Origin: Felis catus
Taxonomy: Eukaryota
Assembly (NCBI RefSeq): GCF_018350175.1
Contig: NC_058368.1
Location: 116,748,001-116,812,000 of the forward strand
DNA length: 64,000 nt
Reading direction: 5' to 3'
Both the position numbers and the translations under genes were made by a program. The stretch's first letter is position 1; every line of letters starts with the position of its first letter. Under the pieces are notes generated by a model. That model was not told the DNA's origin. It searched no databases and was given only the letters and a program-made list of their open reading frames with translations. This document shows positions 41,331-55,751 of the stretch, piece after piece.

Positions 41331-41667
41331 ACGTTTTAATAATAATTATTAGGTTATCTTGCCTTAGAACACCTGAGCAACTTGAGTGTTTACCCGGGGA
41401 AAATGTTGGGGTTTTCTCCTAAAAATCCTTTTGGTTTTTACAAGTATGTTGAAACTCTGTAGCTTATTTCCTCTTAATTTTCCTATTTCCTCATAGTTGT
41501 GAAGTGAGATGTTAGAACTATATCTATTTCTTTTAATCATCTACTCCACTGTATAGTTCCTAAACTCTGTATAGTTTCCACTCCAGAAACATCTGTTTGT
41601 GCTCTCAGCTTCTAATATTGTCTTATTCTTTCCATTGATGATTGTGATTAAAAATGTTGTCTTTTTA

Positions 41668-42106
41668 GGGGCTCCTGGGTGGCTTAGTTGGTTAAGCACT
41701 CCACTCTTGATTTTGGCTCAGGCCATGATCTCCTGAGTTTGAGCCCTGAGTTGGGCTCTGCACTGACATTGCAGAGCCTGCTTGAGATTCTCTCCCTTCT
41801 CCTCTCTGCCCCTCCCCAGCTCCTGTGCTCGAGATCTCTTTCCCTGAAAAGACATAAACTTTAAAAAATGTTTATTTATTTTGAGAGAGAGAGAGGAGAG
41901 AGAGAGGAGAGAGAGAGAGTGTGTGTGTGTATGTGCACAAAGAGAAGAGGTGGGGCAGAGAGAGAGGGGGAGAGAGAGAATCCCAAGCAGGTTCCAAGAT
42001 GTGAGCACCGAGCCTTACTCCAGGCTTGATCCCACCAGCTGTGAGATCATTTCCTGAGTAGAAATCTAGAGTCTGGCGCTTAACTGACTGAGCAACCCAG
42101 GCACCC
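41668..42106. mobile_element. Tail-to-tail pair of SINEs (+ then -)
   Basis: Plus-strand SINE at 41668-41865 followed directly by a minus-strand SINE at 41866-42106. Outer TSD-like aatgttgtctt / aatattgtctt. Confidence 0.85.
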
Positions 42107-42736
42107 AAGAATATTGTCTTAACTTCTCTGCTGGATCTCCTGTAATTGTTGTAGGTCATGAATTATTCTCTGAGACATAATTCTCTTGGGTTCCTATTTC
42201 TAGCCATAGTTGGGTCTATTTTGGAAAATATTTAAAATAGTCCATCAGATCTAATAACAAATTGCAAGTTGTCAACTGAGCCTTATTGTCTCAAGTCCCC
42301 AACTTAGTACCTACAAATAACATAGACACCCAGTAGGTTAATAACAGACCTAGTATTTTCATTCCTACTCTTTTGATTTGGAAAATGTCATATAATAGAG
42401 AAAAAGATTTTACATTTGGCTTCTTCTCTTAAAAAGAAGGACATATTCTACATCTCCATCGAAGCCCTAAAGGATACCTTCTTAAGGTTAACGGCAGCCT
42501 GAGTAAGATAGTTAGTAATTAAGGTGTTTAAGGTGAAATGCATCTCCCAAACACCTATTCTCTACCACCAAAGATTAAAGTATTGGGAAGATCTTAGCCA
42601 TGCTGTCTGCATTTTGGTGAATTGTGAATCACAGTTAGTGATCTCTGATGCCTCTCAACTTTTATTCAACTAAAAATTAAATAGGTTTGAATTGTCATGA
42701 TGCTCCTTGTGGCTCTGTGGAAAGGAACTTTTATTT

Positions 42737-42787
<51 letters not shown>

Positions 42788-43425
42788 TTTCTACGATGCA
42801 GGGCTTGAATTCATGACTCTGAGTTCAAGACCTGAGCTGAGATCAAGAGTCAGATGCTTAACCTGCTGAGCCACACATGTACCCCCAAAGGACCTTTTAA
42901 TTTTGAGAGCTTAAGCATTATCCTTTGCCTCTTACATTGTGTGCTTCAAAATCTATGACTCTTGGGTTCACAAATAGCTTATTCGTACTAATTTTTACCA
43001 CCAATCAAGATTTACTGTGTGTGTAATAAATGATGAGTTGGAAGTAGTTTATGTTCATATTTGTAGTTATGATATTCTGTATTCTATTTAGGTGAGCAAA
43101 GGGATATATAATGAAAATTTAATCTATAGTTTAGATATATTTCAACTGCCATCTGCCTGATTCAATTTTGCCTCTTCTCTGAAGTATGCTATCCATTTTC
43201 ATTCTATAATGCATTTATAAATTAATCAATATTTTATCTATTGTTCTCTTGAAATCTCTTTGATCAAATTTACTTTGAACTTTTTTCTCCTTTTTGTCTA
43301 TATAATGACTGAATAGTCTCCTATTCAAAAGTTTACTGGGGGGGGTATTTTTTCATTATTTGTTTATTTATTTATTTAATATTTGTTTATATTTTGAGAG
43401 AGAAAGAGAGAGAGAGGGAGGGGCA

Positions 43426-43469
<44 letters not shown>

Positions 43470-45656
43470 CCCAAGCAGGCTCTGTGCTGGCAGCACAGAA
43501 CCGGACACGGGGCTCAATCTCATGAACTGAATCGTGAGATCATGAAACTTGGGGGGTTTTAGAAAACCAAGACAAGAAACTTAAATCAATTTTTGTGTTG
43601 GAAGATTTTGTTTTCTGTTTATAATGTCAGTAGAGTTTGTTTTACATCTAAAATAATACAAAAATTTTACACAGAAACTGTAAATCCCCAGAATCCCCCA
43701 AGGTATTAAGTAATCTAATTTTAGATAAGCAACTATATGCAGTTAAGGAAATGGAATAATTTCCATTTCCCCCATTGTCATTTAAGGTTTTTATCAAGTA
43801 CCTCAAGATAATTTAATCAGGATAAAAAACAAAAGACCAGTATCCACATTGATCTAAACACCTTAAAATTTTATAGTGATAAACATAATGTATCTGGCTT
43901 TATTTTTATCAATTTTATTAAAGTATAGTTAACTAATATAGACTGCATCCATTTAGAGTATATGATTCAGTGAATTTTGATGATTGTATACAGTCTTGAA
44001 ATCACCAGGAAGATCCAGAATATTTCCATCACCCTCAAAAGATTCCTTTTGTTCCTTTGCATTCATTCCCCTCCCTCTGTCCCAGGACCCAAAGAACAAC
44101 TGATCTCCTTTCTCTCACTATAGATTAATTCTATTTGGAATTGTATGGAATTGTTCAATGTGGGCTTTTTGTATCAGCCTTTTTTCACTCAGCATAATGA
44201 GTTTGAGATTGATTTATGTTGTTGTGTATATTCAGTAGTTCATTCCTTTCCATAGTTGAGTAGTATTTTCCATTGTACGGGTATATCACATTATTATCCA
44301 CTCACCTGTTGATGGATCTTTGAGCTGTTTCCAATTTTTGGTTACTGTGAATAAGAGTTCTGTGTATGTTTGTGTGCAAGTCCTTGTATGAATATACGTT
44401 GTTTCTCTTTTATTTCTGCACTACTTGTGAGTACATTGATTGGGTTCTGTAGTGGATGTATGTTTTAAGGAACTGACAAACTGTTTAGCAAAGTATTTGC
44501 ACCATTTTACATGTTCACTAGCAATGTATGGGAGTTTCAGTTGTTCCATAGGCTCACAAACATTTAATATTGTCAGTCTTTAATATTATCCATTCTAATG
44601 GGGGTGAACCATTATCTCATTGTGGCTTCAATTTGCATTTCCCTGAAGACTAATCATGTTGAGTGTTTTTTTAATGTGCTTCTATTTGTATGTTATCACT
44701 TGTGGAGTGTGTTCAAATTGTTTGCACTTTTTAATTGGTTTGGATGTCTCATTATCATCATGTTGTAAAAATCTATGTACAAGTCCTATATCAGATGTAT
44801 CTATAGCAGACATTTTCTTCTGTTCTGTGGCTCGCCCATTCCTTTTAACAGTGTCTTTTGAAGAACAAAGTTTTAAATTTTGATGAGGGTAAATTATTTT
44901 TTTGTTTTATGTCTTTTGTATTATGTTTGAGAAGCTTTGCTTACCCCAGGTTATAGAATTTTCTCTCACGTTTTCTTCTTGAAGTTTTATAGTTTTAGCT
45001 TTTAAATTTAGTTCTGTGATCCACTCAAGTTAGTTTTTTGTGAATGGTATAAGGTAAGTATCTAGGTTTATTTTTCTCTATTCGAATATCCAATATACCA
45101 TTTGTTGAAAAGACCTACTTTTTTCATTGAATTATCTTGGCATCTTTGTAAAAAAGTAAGATAAAATCAATGCACCTCATCTGGAACTCCATTTCATTCC
45201 TTTGATCTGTATATCTATCTTTTCACCAATAATAGATTATCTTTATATTGTAGTTTTAAAGTTTGGAAGATTTCTTGGGATTTTCCATGTAAACAGTCAT
45301 ATGATCTGAAAAAAGAGTCAATCTCTTTCTTCCAAACTTACATTTAATATTTTTTCTTGCTTTATCACAATGGCAAAGACTTACAGCACAATATGGAATA
45401 GAAATGTTGAGAGCAGTCATCCTTGCTTTATTTCCAATTGTAGGGGGCAAGTGTTCAATATTTCACCATTAAGTATTATCGTAGCCAAAGATTTTTCATA
45501 AATGCTTTATCTAATTGAGGAAGTTCCTTTCTATTCCTGGTTTGCTCAGAATTTTATCATGAGTAGTTGTTGAATTTTGTCAAATTCTTTTTTTTAAATC
45601 TGTTTAATATAAGGTTTTCTCTTTATCCTACTAGTTGGTGAATTACCTTGATTGAT

Positions 45657-46330
45657 TATTTATTTATTTGAAAATTTTTTTAAAGTTTATTTATTTTGGA
45701 GAGACAGAGCACAAGCAGGAGAGGGGCAGAGAGAGAGGGAGACACAGAAACTGGAGGCTCCAGGCTCTGAGCTGTCAGCACAGAACCCTATGCAGGGCTC
45801 GAACCCACAAGCTGTGAGATCATGACCTGAGCCAAAGTTGGACACTTAACAGACTGAGCCACCCAGGTGCCCTGGTTTTTTTTTTTTTAATGTTTATTTA
45901 TTTTTGGGGCGCCTGGGTGGCGCAGTCGGTTGGGCGTCCGACTTCAGCCAGGTCACGATCTCACGGTCCGTGAGTTCGAGCCCCACATCAGGCTCTGGGC
46001 TGATGGCTCAGAGCCTGGAGCCTGTTTCCGATTCTGTGTCTCCCTCTCTCTCTGCCCCTCCCCCGTTCATGCTCTGTCTCTCTCTGTCCCAAAAATAAAT
46101 AAATGTTGAAAAAAAAATTAAAAAAAAATAAATGTTTATTTATTTTTGAGACAGAGAGAAAGAGAGATCACAAACGGGGAAGGGGCCAAGAGAAAGGGAG
46201 ACACAGAATCCAAAGCAGGCTCCAGGCTCTGAGCTGTCAGCACAGAGCCTGATGCAAGACCATGAGCCACCACCATGTGAGACCATGAGCCAAAGTTGGA
46301 CGATTAACCAACTGAGCCACCCAGACACCC
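45657..46330. mobile_element. Cluster of three nested SINEs, including a young felid-type + copy at 45906-46130
   Basis: Inner TSD aatgtttatttatttttg at 45889 and 46131. Outer TSD taccttgattgatt / tacattgattgatt. Confidence 0.88.
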
Positions 46331-46505
46331 CTACATTGATTGATTTTTGAATGTTGGAACAACATTCCATTTCTTGAGTAAATACCACTTAGATATGATT
46401 ATTATCTTTTTATATGTTGCTGGATTCAACTTGTTAATGTTTTACATCTAATGTAATATTTTTACATCTGTGTTCATGCAAGATATTTGTATGTAATTTT
46501 CTCAT

Positions 46506-46661
46506 CTTTTTTTCTTTTCCTTCCTTCCTTCCCTCCCTTTCTTTCTTTCTCTTCCGTCCTTCCTTCCTTCCTTCCTTCCTTCCTTCCTTCCTTCCTTCCT
46601 TTTTCTCTTTCTCTCTCTCTTTCTTTCTTTCTTTCTCTCTTTCTCTCTTTCTCTCTTTCTT
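46506..46661. repeat. Polypyrimidine (TTCC)n/(CT)n low-complexity tract
   Basis: Direct inspection. Confidence 0.9.
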
Positions 46662-48585
46662 GTCTTTGTCAAGTTTTGGTATTATCTGACCCAATAAGAT
46701 GACTTAGGAGGTGTTCATTCCTTCTGTTTTCTGAAAGGTGTGTAATACTGGAATAATTTATTCTTTGAATTAAGCCTCTTATAGTTGGAGTTTTCTTTTT
46801 GGGAAGTTTGAGAATGAATTCAGTTTCTTTAATAGATTTTTCAGTTAAAAATGGAAACACTTGGGACTCCTGTGTGGCTCAGTTGGTTAAGCGTGGGACT
46901 GTATTTCTGCTCAGATCACAGTCTCACTGCTCGGTTCGTGAGTTCCAGGCCTGTGTCGGACTCTGTGCTGACAGTGAAGAGCCTGCTTGTGATTCCCTCT
47001 CTCCCTGTCTCTCTCTGCCCCTCTGTCATTCATGTGCATGAAATTCTCTCTCTCAAAATAAATAAATAAACTTAAAAATGTTTTTAAAAAGGAAACACTA
47101 CCTTTTTGTGTTTCATCTTTTGTTAATCTTGTTAAGTTGTATTTTGCAGAGAATAGAAATCATTTGAAATGAAATACCCATTTTATTTAATTTGTCACAT
47201 TTGTTGGTACAAAGTTAATATTCTCTCATCTTTCAATGTGTGTTTAATCTGCAGTGATAGCAATTCTTTCATTCCTGATATTGGTGATTTGTGTTTTGTT
47301 TCTTTTTTTCTTGATTAGTCTAGCTAAGAACTTATTAATTTTGTTCATCTTTTCAAAGAGCTAGTTTTTGGCTTTGTTGATATATTCTCTATTGTTTTTC
47401 TTTTTTTCTTGATTTATGCTTTTATCTTTGTTATTTGCTTTCTTCTAGGACTTTGTATTTACTTTTCTCTGTGTATATAACTGATTTTAGATTTTTTTCC
47501 CTAATATAAAAAATTAAAGGTATAAATTTCCCTGTAAGAACTGTTTATCTGCATTAAACAAATAATTTTGATATGTTGTATTTTTATTTTATTCATATGA
47601 AAATGTGTCCTAATTTCTTTTATGATTTATTTTTTCACCCTTGATTACTCAGGAATGTGTTAAAACTTACAAATATTTTCATTTTTCTAGATGTCCTAGT
47701 GGTTTTGATTTCTATTTAATTCTGTTGTGGTCAGAGAAGATACTCTGCATGATTTCAGTCTTTTAAAATTGATTGAGGCTTATTTTATGGCCCAGCATTC
47801 AGTCTGTGTTGGTGGATGTTCCAAGTGCACTTGAAAAAAATGTACGTATGGGCATTTGGCTGGCTCAGTCTGTTGAGTGTCCCACTTCAGCCCAGGTCAT
47901 GATCTCACAGTTCTTGGGTTCAAGCCCCAAATTGGGCTGTGCACTGACAGCATGGAGCCTCTGTCTTCCTCTCTCTCTGCCCCTCCTCCACTCACACTCT
48001 CTCTCTCAAAAATGAATAAACATTAAAAAAAGAAAAAAAATATGTATATTCTACCGTTTTCAAGTGTAATGATTTATAAATATAAAAAATCATTATTCAG
48101 ATTGTCTTTAATGTTTTTTCCCCCCAGTTCTATCAGTGGCTCAGGGAACAGTGTTAAAATATTTATTATTATTTTTCTCCCTTTAATTGTGACCCATTTT
48201 TGCTTCATGCATTTTTGAGGCTCTTTATAAGGCATATATATATATATATATACACACATTGATAATCATTAAAAATTTCTTGATTTATTGATCCCTTTAC
48301 CATTATGAAATATCTCTCTCTTGCTGGTAATACTCTTTTTTTCTTCTTTGAAGTATATTTTATCTGATACTAAAGTGGCCATTCCAGTCTCATATTTAGT
48401 GTGTGCATGGAACATCCCTTTTTGCCCATTTACTTTCTGTTTCTTTAAATTTAAAGTGTGCCCTTGTCAGAGTGCCTGGCTGGCTCAGTCGGTGGGGTGT
48501 GTGACTCCTGATCTCCATGTTGTAAATTCTAGCCTCATGTTGGGTGTAGAGATTACTTAAAAATAATAAAATCTTAACTAGCTAA

Positions 48586-49646
48586 CAGATACATGAAAAT
48601 ATGCTCAACATCACTCATCAACAGGGAAATACAAATCAAAACTATAATGAGATACCACCTCACACCTGTTAGAATGGCTAAACTAAACAACACAGGAAAC
48701 AACAGATGTTGGTGACAATGCAGAGAAAGGGGAACCCTCTTACACTGTTGGTGGGCATGGAAACTGTACAGCCACTCTGGAAAACAGTATGAAGGTTCCT
48801 CAAAAAGTTAAAAATAACCAATAAACATAAAAAAGGGAGGGTGTGCCTGAGTTGCTCCGTTGGTTAAGCATCCGACTTCAGCTCAGGTCATGATCTCACA
48901 GTTCGTGGGTTCGAGCTCCACTTTGGGCTCTCTGCTGTCAGTGCGGAGCCTGCTTTGAATCCTCGGTCTCCCTCTCTCTCTCTGCCCCTCTTCCGCTTGC
49001 GTGCACACTTGCTTTCTCAAAAATAAATAAACATTAAAAACAAATAAATAAGTAATAATAGAACTACCCTATAACCCAGCAATTGCACTACTAGGTATTC
49101 ACCCAAAGAATACAAAACTACTGAATCAAAGGGGCACATGCACCCCAATGTTTATAGCAGCATCATAAACAAGAGCCAAATTATGGAAAGAGCCCAAATG
49201 TCCATTAACTGATGAATGGATGAAAAAGATGTGGTATATATACACAATGGAATATTACTCAACCATAGAAAAGAATGAAATCTTGCCATTTGCAACAATG
49301 TAGATGAAGTTAGCGTGTATTATGCTAAGCAAAATAAGTCACAGAAAGACAAATACCATATGATTTCACTCATATGTGGAATTTAAGAAACAAAACATAG
49401 ATGAACACAGGGGAAAAAAGGGAGAGAGAGGCAAACAGACTCTTAAGTATAAAGAACAAACTGAGGGTTGCTTGAGGGTGGGGAGATGGGCTAAATGGGT
49501 GATGGGTATTAAGGAGGCACTTGTGATGAGCACTGGGTGTTCTATATAGGTGATGAATCACTAAATTCTACTCCTGAAACTAATATTATACTGGATGTTA
49601 ACTAACTAGAATTTAAATAAAAACTCAAGACATTTAAAAAAAATTA
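48586..49646 (+). mobile_element. 5'-truncated carnivore L1 3' end in sense orientation, inside a SINE tail and itself carrying a SINE (~48840-49055)
   Basis: ORF2 C-terminus and 3' UTR on +. Outer SINE TSD aaagtgtgcccttgt / aaagtatgcccttgt at 48453 and 49654. Confidence 0.82.
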
Positions 49647-52600
49647 AATAGCTAAAGTATGCCCTTGTAGAAAGACTATTTTTGGATCTTGTTCCTTTAT
49701 CCATTTTGCTCATCTCTGTCTTTTAATTGAAGGGATTAGTCCAATAACATTAGTGTAATTATTGATATGTTTGAATTTGTGTTCTCTAACATATCATTTG
49801 TCTTTTATTTGTCCCCTCTTATTTATTGCTCTGTTCCCCCTTATCTGTTGCCTTTTGAATCCTTGAATATTCTTTAGAATATCCTTTCATTTTTAGATCT
49901 GTATCTACTTTCATTTTTTAGTGGTTGCTGTGAGAATTATAGCATACCTCTTAACTTTCCCCAGTGTAGTCACAGTTACTAGTATATCATTTCATAAGAT
50001 ATAGAAACTTTGCAACCGTGTTAGACCATTCAGATCTTCCTATGCCATTGCTTATGTTATAGGTTTTGTTTGTATTAAATATCATACAATATTAACTCCA
50101 TAAGACAAAGTTATAATTTTTCATTAAACATTCATTATATATTTTAAAGAAACTAAGGGGGAAAAAGTCATTTCTGTTTATATGGACATTTACCATATTC
50201 AGTGCTATTAATTTTTTCCTAAAGAACTGAGTGGCCCCATAGGATCTTTTCACTTCGACCCAAAAAACTTCAGTTAGCACTTCTTGTAATGCATATCTCT
50301 TGCAGCGATTTCTCTTCCTTTCCCTGTATCTGAAAATGTACTTATTTATCATGTATTTTTGAATGATATAGAATTCTGAGCTGGTTTTGTTCTTATAGCA
50401 TTTCAAAGATTTTATTCCATTTTCTTCCAGCCTCCATGATTTTTTTTTTTTAATGTTTATTTTTGAGAGAGAGAGACAGAGAGACAGAGGGTGAGTGGGG
50501 AGGGGCAAAGGGAGAGGGAGACACAGAATCCGAAGCAGGCTCCAGGCTCTGAGCTGTCAGCACAGAGCCCTGATGCAGGGCTCAAACCCACCAGCTGTGA
50601 GATCATGCTCTGAGCTGAAGTCAAACACCTGACTGACTGAGCCACCCAGGAGCCCCTCTTTTTTTTTTTTTTTTACACTTAATTTCTTTATTTTGAGAGA
50701 AAGAGAGGAAGTGCACATGAGCAGAGGAGGGGCAGAGAGAAAGGGGAGAGAGGCTCTGTGCTTATAGAGCAGAGCCCAAGGTAGGGCTCTGTCCCACAAA
50801 CCTTGAGATCATGACCCAGGTAGAGAACTAGAATTGGAGGCTTAACTGATGGAACCAGCCTGGAGCGCCTAGCCTCCATGATTTCTGATGAGAAGTCTAT
50901 AGCTATTCAAGTCATTCTTCCCTTTTTGTAATATGGTTGTTGTTTCTCCTTTTGGGGAGTGAGGGGCACTGATATTTCAAGGTTTTTTACTTATCTTTGG
51001 TTTAGAAGTTTGACTCTGAACTTTTTACGTACTTTTCATATTTATCCTGTTTGAGATTGGCTGAGCTTACTGAATCTGTAAATTTATGTTTTTCATCAAA
51101 TTTGGAAAAAATTTGGTTCTTATCTCCTCAAATATTTTTTGGTTCTCTTCTCTCTCTCTCCTCTCTGGACTCCAACTACCTACATATGAGACTTTTTGAT
51201 ATTGTCTGGTTTCATCATCTGGGCTAAAGTTTGTTCTTTTAAAAATATTCATTCTTTCTATTCCTATATTGTCCTAAAGGTGTCTGAGACTTTGTTTATT
51301 TTATTTCAATTCTTTTTCTCTCTCTTAATTCATATTTGATCATTTCTATTGCTCTATTTTCAGGTTCACTGAGTTTTACCTTTGTTATTTCCATTCTTCT
51401 ATTAGGCTCACCCAGTGAATTCTTAGTAGTAAATTTTCCACTTGGCTCTTTTTTATATTTTCTATTTCTCTGCTAAGATGTACTTTCTTCCCATTCATTG
51501 CCAGCATGTTTTCCTTTACCTTATTACATATAGTAGCTACTTTAAAGTCCTGGTCTACTAGCTCCATTATGTGCATCATCTCAGGTTTGGCCTCTAAATG
51601 ATCTTTACCCTTGAGAATGCATAATTTTGAGAATTCCTTATTTTTTTTCATGTTTATTTATTTAGAGAGAGAGAAAGAGCAAGTAGGGGAGGGGCAGAGA
51701 GAGGAGTACAGAGGATTCATCTAAAACAGGCTCTGTGTAGAGAGCAGAAGCCCAACATGGAGTTTAAACTCATGAACCCTGAGATCATGACTTGAGCCAA
51801 AGTCAGATGCTCAACTAACTGACTGAGCCACCCAGGCGCCCCTCTTTCTTCCTTATATGCTAAGAAATTTTGAATTGTGTCCTGGGTACTATAAATGTTT
51901 TCTTGTAGAGACTGCATTCTGTTATATTCCTCTGAAGGGTGTTAGTGTTTTAGTTTTAGTAGAGGATAAACTTTGTTGGACTAAAAATATAATTTTTCTC
52001 TTGCTTGTGATAGGCAGTCATTCAAATTTTAGTTTAATTTGTTTAGCTTTAGCCTTAGCTTTCTATATATGTGGTTCAGGGATCTGTAGAGATGTGGGAA
52101 GAATCCAAGTACAGAATTTAAAGATTCCTTTTTTTGAACTTCTTTACTCAAATATCCTTCCCCTCCACCACCCTGCTTGCTAGTCGCTACTGGCTTCTTC
52201 CTCTTGTTCCTCCTGCATGAGAAGCTGAGGGCTATCTATTAGAGCTTTAGCTTCCTTGCGCTATGCCATAACCATGACCTGTCTTCATGCCAAAGCAACA
52301 AAAACAGGAAACTCACTCCATCCATGCTAATCCCTTTCTCCAAATTTTGACTCCATTCTACTTCCCCTCAAATCTGCCTACTTTTGCTTATTCTCAAGAG
52401 CTCTCAAAGAATTGCTTTATGAATTTGTCTCTGAAAGACCTGTTGTGAGCTTACATAGCTATACTAGATTCAGCTAAATCTCACATTTATCTAAGAATTA
52501 AAAATATTAATTTCTTAATCTTTGGCTAAAGAGTGAGATATCAAGAAATATCTGTTCTTAAAGGAACAAGATTTAACCCTGTTGGATATAGGGTAAAGAT

Positions 52601-53742
52601 GATATAAAATACTGTGATGAAACCAGTCCATTTAAGTAAAATAAATTTAAAGATGTAAGTTGACTTTTTCAGTGAGCATTTAGGTACGTATGCGAGTCAT
52701 ATGAAATACATTATAATATGAGACCTTTCTATTAAGGAAAATGAAATATTGCTGTGAACATGATTCTGTGTTTCTTTACTACATTATGAACTAAGATTTT
52801 TGGAGACAAATCAGAAGTAAATGAATTGGCTTGTTTACATTGACTGAGAGTATAAATTGGCACAAAAATTTGGGGAGGCAGTGTGGCCTGTCTAACTAAA
52901 AATTAAATGTGCATCCTTTTAACTAAGCACATCTCAGAATAAACACAGAGGCATGTACATGCACATACTTTCAGAAGTGCACCTAAATATTCAATCATGG
53001 AGTAAAAATAAATTATGAAATATCTATACCATTCATATTATGTAGCTGTTACTAAGAATGAAACAGAATTATAGGCATTGACATGGAAGGATATCCATCA
53101 TATATGTTAAGTAAAAATAAAAAAGTGAAGTTTCATGATAGTGCATAGAATACAGTTACATTTTGGTAAAATATATACGTGCATATTTATATGCGTATAA
53201 GTAAAATCCTGGAGTGACATACAATTATCTGTTAGAAGTGTAATCTATTGGAGAAAGGGATTTGAAAGGACTTTCCCTTTTTTTTCTTTTTTTTTTTTTC
53301 TTTTTAAAATTCTGGATGAATTAAATTTTGTACAAGGACACATATTATTGAACCTAAGTTAAACAAATAGAAGACCAATAAAAAAATAAAAATAAGTCAT
53401 CTAGGAAGTATCACCAAAATTTATGTCTTGTAAAAAACCTAAAATATATGGATATATTGTATTCACTTATTCAAAACACACATATGTGTGTAATAGCAAC
53501 TTTTTTTTCTACAGCAGTATAAGCTGTAATTTTACTGGTTAATGGTACCTATATGATTTTTCCTTCATTAGTTACTTCTAAGAATATGTAGAACACCAAG
53601 TACCCTTTGCCTTGGGTAGGTGTTCTGTGCAATTTTGTAAGTATTTCAGGAAGGGTCATATATATAGAAATGAGGAGTATCGCTGTAGTAGAAGAGTAAG
53701 GCCAGTACAGGAAGCAACTATTAAATTTTTTAAATGTTAATT

Positions 53743-53785
<43 letters not shown>

Positions 53786-54029
53786 ACAGGGGAAGGACAG
53801 AGAGAGAGGGAGAGACAGAATCTGAAGCAGGCTCCAGGCACTGAGCTGTCAGCTCAGAGTCCCATGCGGGGCTCAAACTCATGAGCTGGGAGATCATGAC
53901 CTGAGCGAAAGTTGGAGGGTTAACTGACTGAGCCACCCAGGCACCCCAGAAAGCAACTATTAAAGGGTAAAGGATAATTCTGCCACTTTACCCAGTGTCT
54001 ACATTCATTCAGAAAATATTTATTCATTA

Positions 54030-55530
54030 GTAATTTAAAATTTTTCAGCCCAGACCCTTCTGCTGAGTTCTGAACTCTTGTATCTGATTGCCTAACATCT
54101 CTGCTTGGCTTTCTCACAGGCAATTCACCCATGTCTAAAATTGAACCCTTGATTTGTAGACCTGCTCAGACCATCTCTTCCCAAAGCCTTTTTAGAATCT
54201 GATTCCGCTGTCCACTCAGTTCTTCATGACAGAAGCTGGGGAGTCAGTTCTTGACAGCTCCCTCTCTAGAGGGTAGCTTGTCATTTCTCTTTAATCAATC
54301 AGTCCTATAAATTCTACCTCTGAAACTCAGTTTACAGGTGTCCATCTTCAACTGACAGCCATTATCTTGGTCTACATCACCATCTTACCTCCCCTGGATG
54401 CATGTAATAGCCTTCTAACTGGTTTTCCTGCACCCTTACCCCGACCCCTGCTCACTATAGATCGTTCTCCATATAGCAATTATGGTAATATTTTTAAATA
54501 TATGCAGTGGGTCATCTTATGCACCTGATTGAAACCTAAAATAGTGTACTACCTTGGAATAAATGAAATAAAATCCAAACTCTTTATGGTAACATACAAG
54601 ACTATAAGATCCCACGCTGGTGGTTTCCCATCCATCTTATAACACTCTTCCATTGCTTCCTATGCTTCAACCATAATCTTCAGGTGTGACTCACTTTTTC
54701 TTTTTTTTTTTTTAATTTTTTTTTTCAACGTTTATTTATTTTTGGGACAGAGAGAGACAGAGCATGAACGGGGGAGGGGCAGAGAGAGAGGGAGACACAG
54801 AATCAGAAACAGGCTCCAGGCTCTGAGCGGTCAGCACAGAGCCCGACGCGGGGCTCGAACTCACGGACCGCGAGATCGTGACCTGGCTGAAGTCGGACGC
54901 TTAACCGACTGGCCACCCAGGCGCCCCTCACTTTTTCTACTCTAGTGTTTTCACACTTGCTGTTCCCCCAGCAGGAAATGCTGTCCCTTCTAGTCTTTGC
55001 ATGGCTGGCCTCTTCTCATCACTCTGGTTACAATTTTTTTTTTTAATTTTTTAATGTTTATTTATTTTTGAGAGCGAGAGACAGAGACAGAGTGTGCATG
55101 GGGGAGGGGCAGAGAGGGAGACACAGAATCTGAAGCAGGCTCCAGGCTCCAAGCTGTCAGCACAGAGCCAGACGCGGGGCTCGAACTCACAAACTGTGAG
55201 ATCGTGACCTGAGCCAAAGTTGGAGGCTTAACCGACTGAGCCACCCAGGCGCCCCTGTGGTCACAATTTTTAAATGTTACCTTCTCAGAAAGGCCTTTCC
55301 TGATATCCCTATCTTAGTATATTTCCTTCAGGTGTCCTTTATCATAATTTCTTGATTGTTTCTTTTATGTCTTTTTCACTTTTTGCCTATTTGTTTATCA
55401 TCCTCCTCCCTTATTGCACTACTCCATGATCAGTATCATGTCTATTTCTTTTGCAATGGTTCCTCCAGCATCCAGAAGAATGTCTGACACATAATAGTCA
55501 TTCAATCAATATTTGCAGCATGAATGAGTA
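54030..55530 (+). mobile_element. Ancient L2 3' remnant interrupted by two SINEs
   Basis: cagcccagacccttctgctgagttctgaactc...tgtctgacacataatagtcattcaatcaatatttgcagcatgaatgag is a typical L2 body and tail. Confidence 0.7.
54701..54927 (-). mobile_element. Very young felid-type SINE
   Basis: Many intact CpGs, long T tail, TSD tcactttttc(t) at 54691 and 54928. Confidence 0.93.
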
Positions 55531-55751
55531 AACTCTGTCCCTTAAGCATGTTGAACTGGGAAGATATGTACACACCTAGCTCTAATTTAATATATAAATT
55601 AAAACTATACATGAGAGGTACCAGGAGAGTGCTACACAGGTTAAATATCTACTTCAGTCCTTGTCACAAAGTTAATGTTCAATAAATGTTGAATGAATGA
55701 AAAGTTCCCCAGCATCTGAAAGTGGACATGTTTTCTTTTAATAAGAATAAA

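Larger units (their letters stand above)
43900..52450 (-). mobile_element. Long, heavily degraded ancient L1M (3' UTR, ORF2, ORF1) carrying many younger insertions
   Basis: Colinear 3' UTR, then RT-like FSDHMTVYMENPK (45256-45450), EN region and ORF1-like KIFEEIRTKFFPNLMKNINLQIQ (51067-51252). Confidence 0.7.

Noticed and set aside
48470..49668. SINE-L1 chimeric retrotranscript formed by template switching
   Set aside because: The L1 appears to have its own short TSD (tagctaa at ~48579 and ~49649), so ordinary nesting in the SINE tail is the simpler explanation.
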